Of a stretch of 64,000 bases of DNA, positions 50,155 to 60,941 are shown in pieces (position 1 is the first letter of the stretch; each line of letters begins with the position of its first letter). Source of the stretch: Octopus bimaculoides. Taxonomy: Eukaryota. The notes under the pieces were generated by a model. It searched no databases and was not told the origin of the DNA. It worked only from the letters and a program-made list of their open reading frames with translations. The position numbers were made by a program, and so were the translations under genes. The stretch covers positions 1,097,146-1,161,145 of the forward strand of contig NC_068981.1 in assembly GCF_001194135.2 (NCBI RefSeq), read 5' to 3'.

Positions 50155-53100
50155 CAATTATGTACTAATTTTTTCTGAGAACTTGTAGATAATATGAAGT
50201 AGATAACAGGCCTGATTTTATACGCCACCCCAAAACATACTTCCATACTCATTCGGTAATCTTTCTGCTCTGTGTCTGTTCTCTTATCTTTCTTATGCAC
50301 TTCTAACTTCTTATGTCTCATCTGATACCTCACTCCATGTGTGAGAGTGAGTGACCAAGCATATGTGTGTGTTTATTTATTTATAAACAAAAATAAACAT
50401 TTATCGGATGACATGTTAACCCAACAGTTAAAGATTCAAATATATCTACGCAAGTCCATTAGTTTTGCCTAATATAAAGGGGCAGTAATCCATGCCAGCA
50501 TTAGTTCATCCTGTAGATGAAACTGAGAAAGTCTAGAAATTATTGTGGAAGGATTCGGGGACTTCATTGTTCTAAACAAACATATAGGAATTCATAGAAA
50601 AATATGAAAAAAAAATCTTTCAAAATTGATAAAATAGATAAAAATAGAACATAATTGAGTTTTTAATAGAATATATCTGAAAGATAATCTGTACAAACAG
50701 ATATACATTTACACACACGTATATAAAGTTTAATAATTGTTATTCTTGGAACTGTTCTCTTGAATCACTCGTAGTATGACACCTAAATACAAGGTGTGGC
50801 AGAAAGGTTGCCCTCCCCACTGCCAATTTCAAAGGTTAATAAAACACAAACACATGAAGATACAAGAAAGAACGACACTCTCCACTCCGGGCCCTGGTGG
50901 GTATTACCCGAGACAGAAACAAAAATGGCATTTAATGAACTTCATAGAAGTACAAAGTTTTTCCATGCATCTTCATGTGTTTGTTTTTTATTAACCTTTG
51001 AAATCAGGGCAACCTTTCTTATACTCTCTTTTACTTGGCCATGCTGGAGCAACGTCTTTAGTCGAGCAAACCGACCTCAGGACTTATTTTTTGTAAGCCT
51101 AGTACTTATTCTATCGGTCTTTTTTGCCAAACTGTTAAGTTACGGGGACGTAAACACACCAGCATCAGTTGTCAAGTGATGCTTGGGAGGGGGGGGGGTC
51201 GGCCTGAGGCTATAGTAGAAGACACTTTCCCAAGGTGCCATGCAGTGGGACTGAACCTGGAACCATGTGGTTGGTAAGCAAGCTAATTACCACACAGCCA
51301 CTCTTAGCTCTCTGAATAAGAATGAATAAGATAAATATTATATATATATTGCCAGTGTATAAAAGAATATACCCAATGTGTGTGCATGCATGCATGTTTT
51401 AGAAAGCCACTACAAATTAGAAATTATGAAGTGAAAACAATGGAATAAGACCAAAGATTTACTGAGTGTTGAGGCAGATTTTCTATGGCTGGATGCTGCT
51501 CCTGTCACTAACCTTCATCTGTTTTCAAGTAAGGTAATATTTCCACATAGCTAAATTTGTTTTCACAGAATGTGGACAGCTGTGTGAAAAAGTGTCACAC
51601 CTTAGCAGTGGAGGGAACCTGTGGAAGAGGTAGACTCAGGAAGACCTGGGATGAGGTGGTGAAGCACGAACTTCAAACGATGAGGAGTGACTGAGACCTT
51701 TGGAGATATATTGTGCTTGAGAAAACCTGGCAAGCCAAGTGAAACTGTAACCTTGGCGTATGCCAGTGCTGCATAACTGGCCCATTTAAGAGTACCCTTC
51801 AATCATTGGGCAATAAACTGTGCTTGAGAAGAGCTATTGAGTCAAGTGAAGTCGTTGTCATGGCCGATGCCAGCGCTGCATAACTGGTGTTGTGCCAGTA
51901 GGACATAAAAAGCACCATTCGAGCGTGGTCATTGCCAGTGCTACCTGACTGGCTCTGGTGCTGGTGGCACATAAAAAGCATTATTAGATTGACTCCAGTG
52001 TGCAACTGGTACTTAATTTATCGACCCTGAAAGGATGAAAGGCAATGTTGACCTCGGCAGAATTTGAACTCAGAATGTAAAAACAGATGAAATACCGTTA
52101 AGCATTTCGCCCAGCATGCTAATGTTTCTGCCAGTTTGCCACCTTTTTTGCTGCATAATATTGCCTGTGGGCATATAGCATAGTGTACCCCTTCATTCAA
52201 ATAAATGGTTGGGTTTAAAATTCCACCAGGACACCTGATGAAGGCTGGAGAGTACATCAGTTGAAATATTATGATAACAACAAACAAGACGAGGAGACCT
52301 ATCCATCCATTGTAAATCATCTTTATTTCTAAAATACAGAACAGATGATGATGATGCAACAGGTACACAGCCACACCTATGTAACCCCCTACACACAGAT
52401 GTACAAACACATACACACCTACATATAGGTACATACATATATACACACATACACACACATATATATTTGCTAGTTTATTTTGTCTCTTTGTCTTCTCTCC
52501 TGGTGCTGTATGAACATTTAATGTGGTTTTGGAGTTAAGGTTTTGACTGCTATTTCAAGCATGGTGGTATCTCTTAGATACCCTAAATTATAATTTTTAT
52601 AATAATTATTACCTTTTGAGGTTTTTTATTCCCATGCTGGCCACCTGATAAGATCGATGTTCTAAATAACGATCCTATCCTTATTTATATAAATGTATAT
52701 AAATATATTAATAATAATAATATGACAACAGAAGAATGAATGAGACCTCGATATTATGTAAAATAGAGGAATTTATCTATAAATATGATATGTGACAATT
52801 AGTTGGTTGTCATAATAAAACTCAGAGTTTCGGATGCTAGGGGTGAAGTCTGCTCCGGCATCTCATCAGTTATTAAGACAGATGCTTTGAAAAAAAAAAA
52901 AAACATTGAATAAAGGGAAATTACTCCAATAGGCATGGGGAAAGTAATACTTCATTCATAGAATCCGCATATGCACACATACACACACACACACACACGT
53001 ACATGTGTGTGTGTGAGTATGTATATAGATATATATATACATAGATATATATGCTGGAGTAGACTTCAGCCCTGGCATCCGAAACTCTGAGTTTTATTAT

Positions 53101-56100
53101 GACAACCAAGTAATTGTCATATATTATATTTATATATCATCATCATCATTTAACGTCCGCTTTCCATGCTGGCATGGGTTGGACGGTTTGACTGGGGACT
53201 GGCAAGCCAGATGGCTGCACCATATATATATATATATATATATATATACCCAGGAGACACAAAGAAGTGCAATTGTGTCTGACTCGCTACTTCACCAGTA
53301 ACAATACAAGAAAGAAAAGCAATAACATAGAAAGGTGGTGCTCCAGCATGGCCTCAGGCTCTGGCTGAAAATAGAAGAAGAATAAACAAACATCCTCATA
53401 CAGACACAAACATGGAAAAAGTCACGTATATACACGTTTGACACCGAAACAGTTAAATAGTGTTTATTAATCAATAAAAATAGTGAAATACTTATCAGAG
53501 AAAAAGACTGAAAATAACGAAACAGGGAAGTTTGATAAAAGTTATCGAAGGCGACTCACTGATATCGACAGTTATTGGAAGTTATATATATCATATCTCT
53601 AAAACTGGAATGATACCGAGATGATTAGCATGGCCTGGTGCAAGGAGGACACGCACATTTCTGAAGCATTCTATACTTCATCACATAAAAAGAATGCTTG
53701 ATGGCACCATGTCAAAAGCAGTGACAATAGTGCCATGTCTAAAGCATGGGTGATGGTGCCATGTCGAAAACACAAGTGACGGTGCCATGTCTAAAGCATG
53801 GGTGATGGTATCATGTAAAAAGCATGGATGGTGGTGCCATTTCTAAAGCATGGGTGATGGTGCCATGTCTAAAGCATGGATGATGGCACCATCACCCATG
53901 CTTTTTACATGGCACCATGTGAAAAGCACCCAGTACACTCTGTAAAGTGATTGGCATTAGGAAGGGCATAGAAACCATGCCAAGGGTGGCTCCTGGCCAT
54001 GCCAGCTCCTGTCAAACCATCCAACCCATGTGAGCATGGACGACAGACATCAAATGATGATGATGATTAGCATAAACACAGATGAAACGTCACTTAGCAT
54101 TTTGCCCAGCTAACAATTTTTCTAGCTCATCATCTTAAAAATATTGGTTTCAAATTTTGGCACAAGTTTAGTGGGAAGGAATAAGTCAATTATAGTGACC
54201 CCAGTTTTTTCAACTGGTACTTATTTTATTGACCCCAAAAGGATGAAAGGTAAAGTCAACCACGGCGAAATTTGAACTCAGAACATAAAGATGGATGAAA
54301 TATTGCTAAGAATTTTGTCCAGCTTGCCACCTTAATTATAATAATAATAATAATAATAACAAGAGCACTCACAGAGCACAATCCTCCGCCAAGGCAACAC
54401 CAATGTCCTCTCAACGATTAGCCGGAGATGATTTTAAAATGAGAATATCTGAAATAAACTCGACTGCTCTCACAAATTAAGTAAAAAAAAAAAAAACAGG
54501 AAAAATAATCCAGAATCTTTGTCCGGTACCGGATTGATCTCAAAATCTAACCAGTTCGTGCCAGTCACAAGGCCAAACATCCTTGAAAGTTTCAACCAAA
54601 TCTATCCAGTGGTTCTTGAGATATCTTGTCCATGAACAAACAAACATGACTGAAAACAATACATCTGCCTTTGATTAAGGCAGAGGTAATTAATAACATT
54701 CAGAAAATTAAAATAAAGAAAATATTCCTACCTTGAATAACTTTCCTGACCTTGTTCAAATGGTCATGGACCTTATTATTGTAAAACACAGCATTCACGG
54801 TAAACATAAGCTTTGGTTCAATTTGTGAGAATCTTTCAAGAACACCCTGTAGAAAAAAGAGAATAAGGGGAAAAGTTTTGAATGAAATTCTTCAGTGGCA
54901 CCGTTTTACTTCCCTCCCTCTTTTACTTGTTTCAGTCATTTGACTGTGGCCATGCTGGAGCACCGCCTTTAGTCGAGCAAATTGATCCCAGGACGTATTC
55001 TTTGGAAGCCTAGTACTTATTCTATTGGTCTCTTTTGCTGAACCGCTAAGTTACGGGGACGTAAACACACCAGCATCGGTTGTCAAACGATGTTGGGGGG
55101 ACAAACACAGACACACAAACAAGCAAGCTACTTACCACACAGCCACTCCTACGCCTGTTGAATTAGAACAAATTAAACATACATATTAATGATGTCTTTA
55201 GCCACTGGATCCTATCAAGGAGCTGCTGGGGTAGCGAACCACGAAATGTGGTTGGAATTCCTCAGATATTGACTGCAGGGAAGGACTTGCTGACAATCCA
55301 GAAAGCGGGATGACAAAGCGGAGAGATACTTGACAGTACGACAGAGTAATGAAGGATCAAATGGGCTTGCAGCCCGATCCAGGGTAAAGCTGCAACAAGT
55401 AAGCATGATGAACCATGACCCCATGATCCCAGAGCACGAGGGGAGAATAAAGGATCAAACAGGAACAGAAAATGGAATGGATCCGGACAGGAAATGGACA
55501 AATAGAAAGGAAGCGGTAAAGGAAAGGTAGATGAGGAATTCAGCTGCTGTGGAAAGGTGTTTTCTAGTGTTTTTGCAGTGGAATATTGCTAAGGTGTGGT
55601 CAGAAGTTTGCTTCCCAACCACATGGTTCTGGGTTCAGTCCCACTGCATGCCATCTACTATAGCCTTAGGCTGAACAAAAGCCTTGTGAGTGGATTTGAT
55701 AGACGGAAACTGAAAGAAGCCTGCCGTGTGTTTGACCCCCACCATCACTTGACGAGGTATTGGTGTGTTTACATCCCTATGACTTAGCAACTTGGTTAAA
55801 GAAACTGATAAAAATAAGTACCAGATTTAAAAAGAAATAATAAGTACTAGCTCAGTTGCTATGGCATTGAGGTAGATCCAGCCACCCCAGTTAACGAGGA
55901 CAAAACTCGGATTTAAACCACTGGATGATGATGAAGCAGTGACATGCACACATGTCCAATAGGAAAGCCAATAATGGCTCCTCTAACATAAGGAGAAGTG
56001 ATATGTATGAAAAATGGAAACAGCTGAAGGATTTCTTGCCTCAGTTCCAAAATCAGGTGATGTAGAACTCCAAATTGCACCAATACTGGCTGCAGCAAGC

Positions 56101-56214
56101 ATTGCTTCGACAGCTTCACAACAGTTTGGTAAATAACCTGCACAGAAAAAGAGGTAAAGTTGGAAAACAACTGGGCTTTAGAAAATATGCTAAATGATGA
56201 TGATGATGATGATG

Positions 56215-56252
<38 letters not shown>

Positions 56253-56636
56253 ATTCCTTAAGTCTTAATATTGTATGATACTAGTGACATCATGACATCA
56301 TGAAAGAGCTATTTAACAACTCATAAAACCATAAAATTCACTTTAAATCTATATTTATTTCAGCTTTGTGTGTTATCAAATTTGTGTGTTATCAAATTTG
56401 TGTGTTATCAAATGGTTCTTTGATGAAGTCGTTGTTTATTTAATGCTATTTTGAAAAACAGAAGGCCCTCCCCCTCCCCAAAAAACTCCTACAAAGAACT
56501 GAAACAACAAAAGAATGCTTACCCACGACTCGGTCTCCCTTAACAACACCCATGTGTTTCATGGCAGAAGCGTACAGGGCCACATTTCTATGAAGATCAG
56601 CAAATGTTCTTTTTGTAATTACATCAGACCCTTCTC
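27343..56636 (-). CDS. AACS: Acetoacetyl-CoA synthetase (ANL/AMP-binding superfamily); 5'-partial, 14 exons recovered, one internal exon not found
   Basis: Exons join with consistent phases. Motifs: [58 protein letters not shown] (AMP-binding signature), [80 protein letters not shown]. Confidence 0.96.
28890..29589. mobile_element. hAT-type MITE interrupted by an RTE-tail insertion (~29020..29370)
   Basis: TIRs CAGTGGTTCTCAACC / GGTTGAGAATCACTG; 8-bp TSD ACTTAGAT/ACTTAGGT. Confidence 0.82.
30464..30669 (-). CDS. AACS: AACS penultimate exon
   Basis: ttgtag| [68 protein letters not shown] |gtaagt; 206 nt. Confidence 0.95.
30765..31166 (+). mobile_element. 5'-truncated R4/Dong-like (restriction-like endonuclease) non-LTR retrotransposon inserted in a (TAA)n microsatellite
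   Basis: 30767..30982 encodes [71 protein letters not shown]; (AAT)n on both sides. Confidence 0.75.
31850..31908 (-). CDS. AACS: AACS exon
   Basis: ttgcag| [20 protein letters not shown]|gtaagt; 59 nt. Confidence 0.94.
32836..33182 (-). mobile_element. tRNA-headed SINE-like element with a Penelope-like tail carrying a minimal hammerhead (32928..32973) and an inverted partial copy of the tail
   Basis: Minus strand: A box TGGCATAGTGG, B box GAGTTCGATTCC, (AAT)n, then GACAC-CTGATGA-A-GGCTG..CAGCT-GAAAC-GTT-GTGTT; arms ~32987..33030 and ~33140..33182 are inverted. Confidence 0.75.
33600..33669 (-). CDS. AACS: AACS exon
   Basis: cttcag| [24 protein letters not shown]|gtgaat; 70 nt. Confidence 0.94.
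34104..34229 (-). CDS. AACS: AACS exon
   Basis: tttcag| [42 protein letters not shown]|gtacac; 126 nt. Confidence 0.94.
34363..34745 (-). mobile_element. SINE, same family as 4161..4570
   Basis: Reverse-complement full-length copy. Confidence 0.85.
34830..34943 (-). CDS. AACS: AACS exon
   Basis: tttcag| [38 protein letters not shown]|gtaaat; 114 nt. Confidence 0.95.
35626..35690 (+). repeat. 16-bp minisatellite (CACAGCTGGGGAGAGT)x4
   Basis: Four perfect units plus a partial fifth. Confidence 0.95.
35740..36087 (-). mobile_element. Second copy of the tRNA-head/hammerhead SINE-like element (hammerhead 35800..35845), runs into a gap
   Basis: High identity to 32836..33182; inverted arm at ~36005..36087 includes a mutated core (GACACCGGATGAAGG). 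Confidence 0.75.
36830..37310 (+). mobile_element. RTE 3' UTR with about five tandem ~58-bp units and a (GAT)n tail; the same tail family recurs at 15545..15930, 29700..30030, 51600..51985, 57110..57420 and elsewhere
   Basis: Unit TGATGCCAGTGCCGCCTGACTGGCTCCCGTGCCAGTGGCACGTAAAAAGCACCATTCTAGCATGGT; ends CCAACCCATGCCAGCATGGAAAGTGGACGTTAAACGATGATGATG. Confidence 0.8.
38934..39056 (-). CDS. AACS: AACS exon
   Basis: ttgcag| [41 protein letters not shown]|gtaagc; 123 nt. Confidence 0.95.
39628..39895 (-). mobile_element. Third copy of the tRNA-head/hammerhead SINE-like element (hammerhead 39711..39756)
   Basis: Same left boundary GATACAGTTCTATAT as the copy at 32836; no inverted arm. Confidence 0.75.
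41671..41735 (-). CDS. AACS: AACS exon
   Basis: tttcag| [22 protein letters not shown]|gtaaga; 65 nt. Confidence 0.93.
41835..42865 (+). mobile_element. RTE LINE 3' part (RT C-terminus, gap, 3' UTR, (GAT)n)
   Basis: [76 protein letters not shown]. Confidence 0.88.
43383..43507 (-). CDS. AACS: AACS exon
   Basis: ctttag| [43 protein letters not shown]|gtaagt; 125 nt. Confidence 0.95.
44183..44263 (-). CDS. AACS: AACS exon ending in a GC donor
   Basis: ttttag| [27 protein letters not shown] |gcaagt; 81 nt. Confidence 0.92.
44401..44557 (-). CDS. AACS: AACS exon containing the AMP-binding P-loop
   Basis: ctccag| [52 protein letters not shown] |gtaagc; 157 nt. Confidence 0.95.
44682..45088. 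mobile_element. Foldback MITE-like element with ~160-bp imperfect inverted arms
   Basis: TGCAGGTGAGTAGTTAGGCAAAATATGTAAC.. is the reverse complement of ..TTTACGTATTTTGCTTAACTTCTCACCTGCA. Confidence 0.75.
46095..46515 (-). mobile_element. SINE, same family as 4161..4570; further copies at ~655..830, 6830..7050, 10735..11175, 12730..13075, 27655..28068, 30040..30415, 39962..40167, 47928..48187, 51030..51300, 54920..55156, 55593..55830, 60205..60420, 63050..63270
   Basis: Shared diagnostic segments such as GTGGCACCTTGGGCAAGTGTCTTCTACTATAGCC and GATAGAATAAGTACTAGGCTTACAAAGAATAAGTCCTGGGG. Confidence 0.85.
49253..49880 (+). repeat. 14-bp minisatellite (GTGAGTGAGAGCRT)n with an internal gap
   Basis: Direct reading. 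Confidence 0.95.
50801..51019. mobile_element. MITE-like element with long inverted arms
   Basis: AGAAAGGTTGCCC..ATTTCAAAGGTTAATAAAA..CACATGAAGAT versus ATCTTCATGTG..TTATTAACCTTTGAAAT..GGGCAACCTTTCT. Confidence 0.72.
52205..52330 (+). mobile_element. Degenerate tail relic of the same hammerhead element
   Basis: GGACACCTGATGAAGGCTGGAGAGTACATCAGTTGAAATATT followed by AACAACAAACAAGACGAGG. Confidence 0.6.
52788..53125. mobile_element. Inverted ~75-bp repeat pair (52788..52861 / 53051..53125), Penelope-like terminus with a hammerhead motif on the minus strand (52809..52879)
   Basis: Minus: GTCTTAATAA-CTGATGA-GATGC..GCATCC-GAAACTCTGAGTT-TTATTATGAC; the right arm lacks CTGATGA. Confidence 0.6.
53592..53678 (+). 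pseudogene. 5'-truncated U6 snRNA pseudogene
   Basis: CATATCTCTAAAACTGGAATGATACCGAGATGATTAGCATGGCCTGGTGCAAGGAGGACACGCACATTTCTGAAGCATTCTATAC matches U6 from about nt 18 to the 3' end; the ACAGAGA box is mutated to ACCGAGA. Confidence 0.88.
53700..53920 (+). repeat. ~26-bp minisatellite (GATGGTGCCATGTCTAAAGCATGGGT)n, last unit inverted
   Basis: Direct reading. Confidence 0.85.
54357..54690 (-). mobile_element. Second HINE-like copy
   Basis: Reverse complement of 16783..17152 over most of its length. Confidence 0.7.
54732..54846 (-). CDS. AACS: AACS exon
   Basis: ctacag| [39 protein letters not shown]|gtagga; 115 nt. Confidence 0.94.
56040..56137 (-). CDS. AACS: AACS exon ending in a GC donor
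   Basis: gtgcag| (G)[32 protein letters not shown] |gcaaga; 98 nt. Confidence 0.92.
56523..56636 (-). CDS. AACS: AACS exon (most 5' exon found in window)
   Basis: tttcag| (G)[38 protein letters not shown]|gtaagc; 114 nt. Confidence 0.93.
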
Positions 56637-56662
56637 CTGAAATAGGGAAATAAAGAAACAGA

Positions 56663-56717
<55 letters not shown>

Positions 56718-56739
56718 CTACATTTGAGATAAGATAATT

Positions 56740-56985
56740 CAAGAATGGAGAGAAATGAACAACGTGATTGCAGAATACCAAAAGCACAAGTTCCACTGGA
56801 ATGGACATGTTGCAAGGTTCAAAGACAACAGGTGAACCTGTGCAGTTGCCTGAGTGGTATTCAAGAGAAGAGAAAAGGCCACTTAGAAGGCCTCAAAGAC
56901 AATGGGAAGAGAATTTAGTTAAGCAATTTGGATGAAGATGGAAAAGAATGGTACAAGCGAGACAGAATTGGAAGCGTATTGTGAC
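56740..56985 (+). mobile_element. Degenerate RTE LINE C-terminal fragment
   Basis: ..KFHWNGHVARFKDNR*..EWYSREEKRPLRRPQRQWEE.. with stops. Confidence 0.65.
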
Positions 56986-57529
56986 TAGTGGTGTATAACG
57001 GCATCTGACGGTCTGGTCAATACTGTGAGATCTATAAACACACACAAATGTAAATGTGCTTTTTACATACATACATTTATTAACACACACATATATACAT
57101 GCATACATCATCATTGTTTAACGTCCGCTTTCCATGCTGGCATGGGTTGGATGGTTTGACTGAGGGCTGGCAAACTAGGAGGCTGCACCAGGCTCCATTC
57201 TGATCTGGTAAGGTTGCTACAGCTGGATGCCCTTCCTAACACCAACCACTCCGAGAGTGTAGTGGGTGCTTTTTACATGCCGCTGGCACGGGAGCCAGTC
57301 AGGCGGCACTGACATCAACCATGCTTGAATGGTGCTTTTTACGTGCCACTGACACAGGTGCCAGTCAGGCTGCACTGGCATTGGTCACACTCGAATGGTG
57401 CTTTTTACAGGCCACCAGCACATATATGCACACATATGCATAAATATATGTATATATACACACATACATACATACATCAGTGAGATGCATATATATGCAT
57501 AGACACTTACTCCAGCACATTGCTTTTCG

Positions 57530-57565
<36 letters not shown>

Positions 57566-58589
57566 GATATATCTCAATAATAAATTTTTTATTGTTTCAG
57601 TCCATCTACCAAGAACACCTCTCTAGTGTTTGTTCATGTGCTTTCTAGTGTTGAAGTCCAGAAAGACAAAACATTCATATTTGAACGTCTTGTCTTCCAG
57701 GACTGACCTGTGCCTAAACAACAACAACAACAACAACAGCTTAATCAGCAATAATTACTGAGAGGAAGATTGTTTTTTTTGTTTGTGTGTGTGTCTGTTA
57801 TTACTTACAAAATCCAGATTATGCTCCATCAAAACCACAGTTCACTGACCGAGACCATTTAAAAAAATAAAAAAACATTTTAATCCCACCAAATTCTTCC
57901 ATGTGTTTTGGTGCTGCTGTTTTCACAGCTTGATCAGATAACAGCAGACTGTCACATCCAGAGTGAAACATGATAACATGACTCTCGGTGGATAGAACAG
58001 CTGACAGTGATAATATCTTAACAACAGACATGAAATAGATATAAGGCACAGACATAGCTGTGTGGTTAGCAAGTTCGATTTACAACCATGGGGTTCCTGG
58101 TTCAATCCCACTGCATGGTATCTTGGACAAATGTCTTCTACTGTAGCCATAAGTTCACCAATACATTAAGAATGAGATTTTGCAGAAAGGAACTATGTGA
58201 ACCACATCACATTAGCCTGCTTCTCTTCAGTTTTATGTCTGCTTTTCCATGTTTGCATGGGTTGGATAAATCCTCTTCAACACAGCACTATACTTATTTG
58301 TTGCATCCTTTTGGTATCTCCTTAGTCATTAACCCTGTTTAATCTTATCCATCATTTCTCTTTATTCAACTTCCTGTCACTTGAGGCTACATCTTCACCA
58401 TCATCATCTCTCTCTTCTGAGGTAGCCCAAGTACCGTGATGTCTACCCTTTTCTCAAAGAGAGAGTTCCCTTGTTGCCAATATTCTGGCCCCTGTGCTTT
58501 CTAAGCACTTGCCTTCACAGCTGATTCGGTTGCCCAGGTCATCATCATCATCATTTAGTGTCTGCTTTCCATGCTGGCATGGGTTAGAC

Positions 58590-59045
58590 CAAGGGGGTCA
58601 CCAAACCTTTTTCATGAGAGAATAATGAGTGTAGGCCACATAACCATTTTGTTCAATTACAGTACAGTGAATACACAAAAAATAAAGACAACCAACGAAT
58701 TTATTTACCAAAATGTTATCAATGAGGGTGACATCAGCAAAAAGATAGTTATACCACACCCAGTATACACATACATGAATCTCACAAACTAAGCAGCAAA
58801 AATGGTTTGTGAGATTTGTGAAACTGGTGTTTAGCTTTTAAGATATCCTCAATATTTGCTTTGGAATTGCTGCATCCAACCAAGAGAATTGCTTTCAAAT
58901 GTTCATCAGTCAACCTTTTTTGATGGGCTGACTTCACATTCTTCATTTTTGGAAATGTTTGCTCACAGACATAAGTTGTTCCAAACACTGATGCCACAGC
59001 AGAGGCAAATGACCTCTCATTGCAGGCATTTACACAAAAGGTACA
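58590..59045 (-). mobile_element. hAT (Charlie/SPIN-like, GTF2IRD2-type) transposon 3' end with transposase C-terminal fragment
   Basis: Minus ORF ...VASVFGTTYVCEQTFPKMKNVKSAHQKRLTDEHLKAILLVG..; terminal CAAGGGGGTCACCAAACCTTTTT resembles hAT TIRs. Confidence 0.8.
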
Positions 59046-59073
59046 GTGCAGTGGCAGGCCGGATGAACTGACC

Positions 59074-59202
59074 TCAGGAAAGTTACCACAGGGATAACTG
59101 GCTTGTGGTGGCCAAGGATTTGCAGTGACGTCGCTTTTTGATCCTTCAATGTCGGCTCTTCCTATCATTGTGAAGCAGAATTTGCAAAGCGTTGGATTAT
59201 TC
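59074..59202 (+). pseudogene. Dispersed 28S rRNA fragment (~130 nt, degenerate)
   Basis: AAAGTTACCACAGGGATAACTGGCTTGTGG..GACGTCGCTTTTTGATCCTTC.ATGTCGGCTCTTCCTATCATTGTGAAGCAGAATT..AAGCGTTGGATT is the conserved LSU 3'-domain sequence; flanks are not rDNA. Confidence 0.92.
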
Positions 59203-60885
59203 TTCTCTTTGGTGACCCCGGGGTTAGACGGTTTGACTGGAACTGGTAAGCTGGAGGGCTGAACCAGGTTCCAGTCTGATCTGCGTTGGTTTCTATGGCT
59301 GAATAATGCCCTTCCTAACACCAACCACTCCAAGAGTGTAATGGGTGCTTTTTACATGTCACCGGCACAGGTACCAGTTATGTGACACCAGTATTGATCA
59401 CAACTGCGATTTCACTTGGCTTGATGAGTTTTCTCAAGCATGGTATATAGTCAAAGGCCTCGGTCACTTGTCATTGCCTCTGTAAGGCAATGACAAGTAA
59501 CAGAAGTTATTAACTACAGCTAGGAAGTTCTCTGAGCATTGAAAAAATCTATATCACCAGTGTTCTGACAGCTAGATTACTTTCTTGTACAGCTGCCACA
59601 TGCAGAGTGAGAGAGAATGTGTGTGTGTGTGTGTGTGTGTGAGGATGTAAATCAATGTCGTTCTTACTTTATGTAAAAAAAAAACTTAGCCATTTGGTAA
59701 ACAGAGATCATTTAAGCAAGTAGCATCAGGAGGTGATATGATTGACCAATAAATTCTAGAGGTGGTGCCCCAGTATGGCCACAGACCAATGATTGAAACC
59801 AGTGTGAAGGAGAGTTCTATATTTTGGTCAAGGATTCAACAGAATATACATTGATGAGGTGGAACACCCAGAAAATTGGTTCATTTATCTTATCAGTTGA
59901 GCCAGCTGTCAATATTTAAAATAATGATTTCTAAACGAGACACAAGGTCAGACATTTTGTAGGAAGGAAGGTTGTCAATTCATGATTTGTATTCAACATG
60001 CCAAAGCAGTTGATCTGACGCTTGACCAATCTGAACAAATTTGTTTATTCATTTAACTTCCATTTCTTCATGATAGCATGGGTTAGAGGGGGACTTATCT
60101 GAGGCAGCATTGTTAAGGTTTGATGCTCTTCTTTCAAAAACCTGAAGAATAAAAAAAGCAACATTTACCTGCCGACCCTTATTTTGTTTTATCTGGCAGG
60201 TTATTCTTTTACTTGTTCCAGTCATTTGACTGTGGCCATGCTGGAGCACTGCCTTTTGGTCAAAGAAACCAACCCCTGGACTCATTCTTTGTAAGCCTAG
60301 TACTTATTCTATCAGTCTCTTTTGCTGAACTGCTAAGTTACGGGGACGTAAACACACCAACATCAGTTGTCAAGCGATGGTGGGGGTGGGGGGAAAACAG
60401 ACACAAACACACACACCTGTAGTACCTTCTGTCGTACGGTGCTTGTTTACATGTCTGGTTGGTTTATTTATAATGTCATAAGGGGCCTTGGGCCACTTAT
60501 GATAGGGGCCTTACATATTACTGACATTCCTTGTCAGTCTCATTACTCCCTTCTTCCAGGCCCGTTGGGAAGCTTTGGGGGGTTTAGTTCCAGTGCATGG
60601 CATCTTAGGTAAGGATTGTAAGGGTTTTCTACTATAGTCTCAGGCTGACCACTGCCTTGTGAGTGGACTTGGTAGATGGAAACTGAAAGAAGCCCATAAT
60701 ATATAAGGAATAAATCAGATACATAGAAGAGAGTAAACTGTTTCTGAAAAAATATTCTTGCTTTTCTGAAGAACAATGAAGTTGTGAATGAAAGAATTTG
60801 GTAGATGATTCCCTCTAGGAACCAAAATTAGGTCAAGGACTTAAACCAACTGGAATTCTCTTCTTACACACACACACACACACAT

Positions 60886-60941
<56 letters not shown>

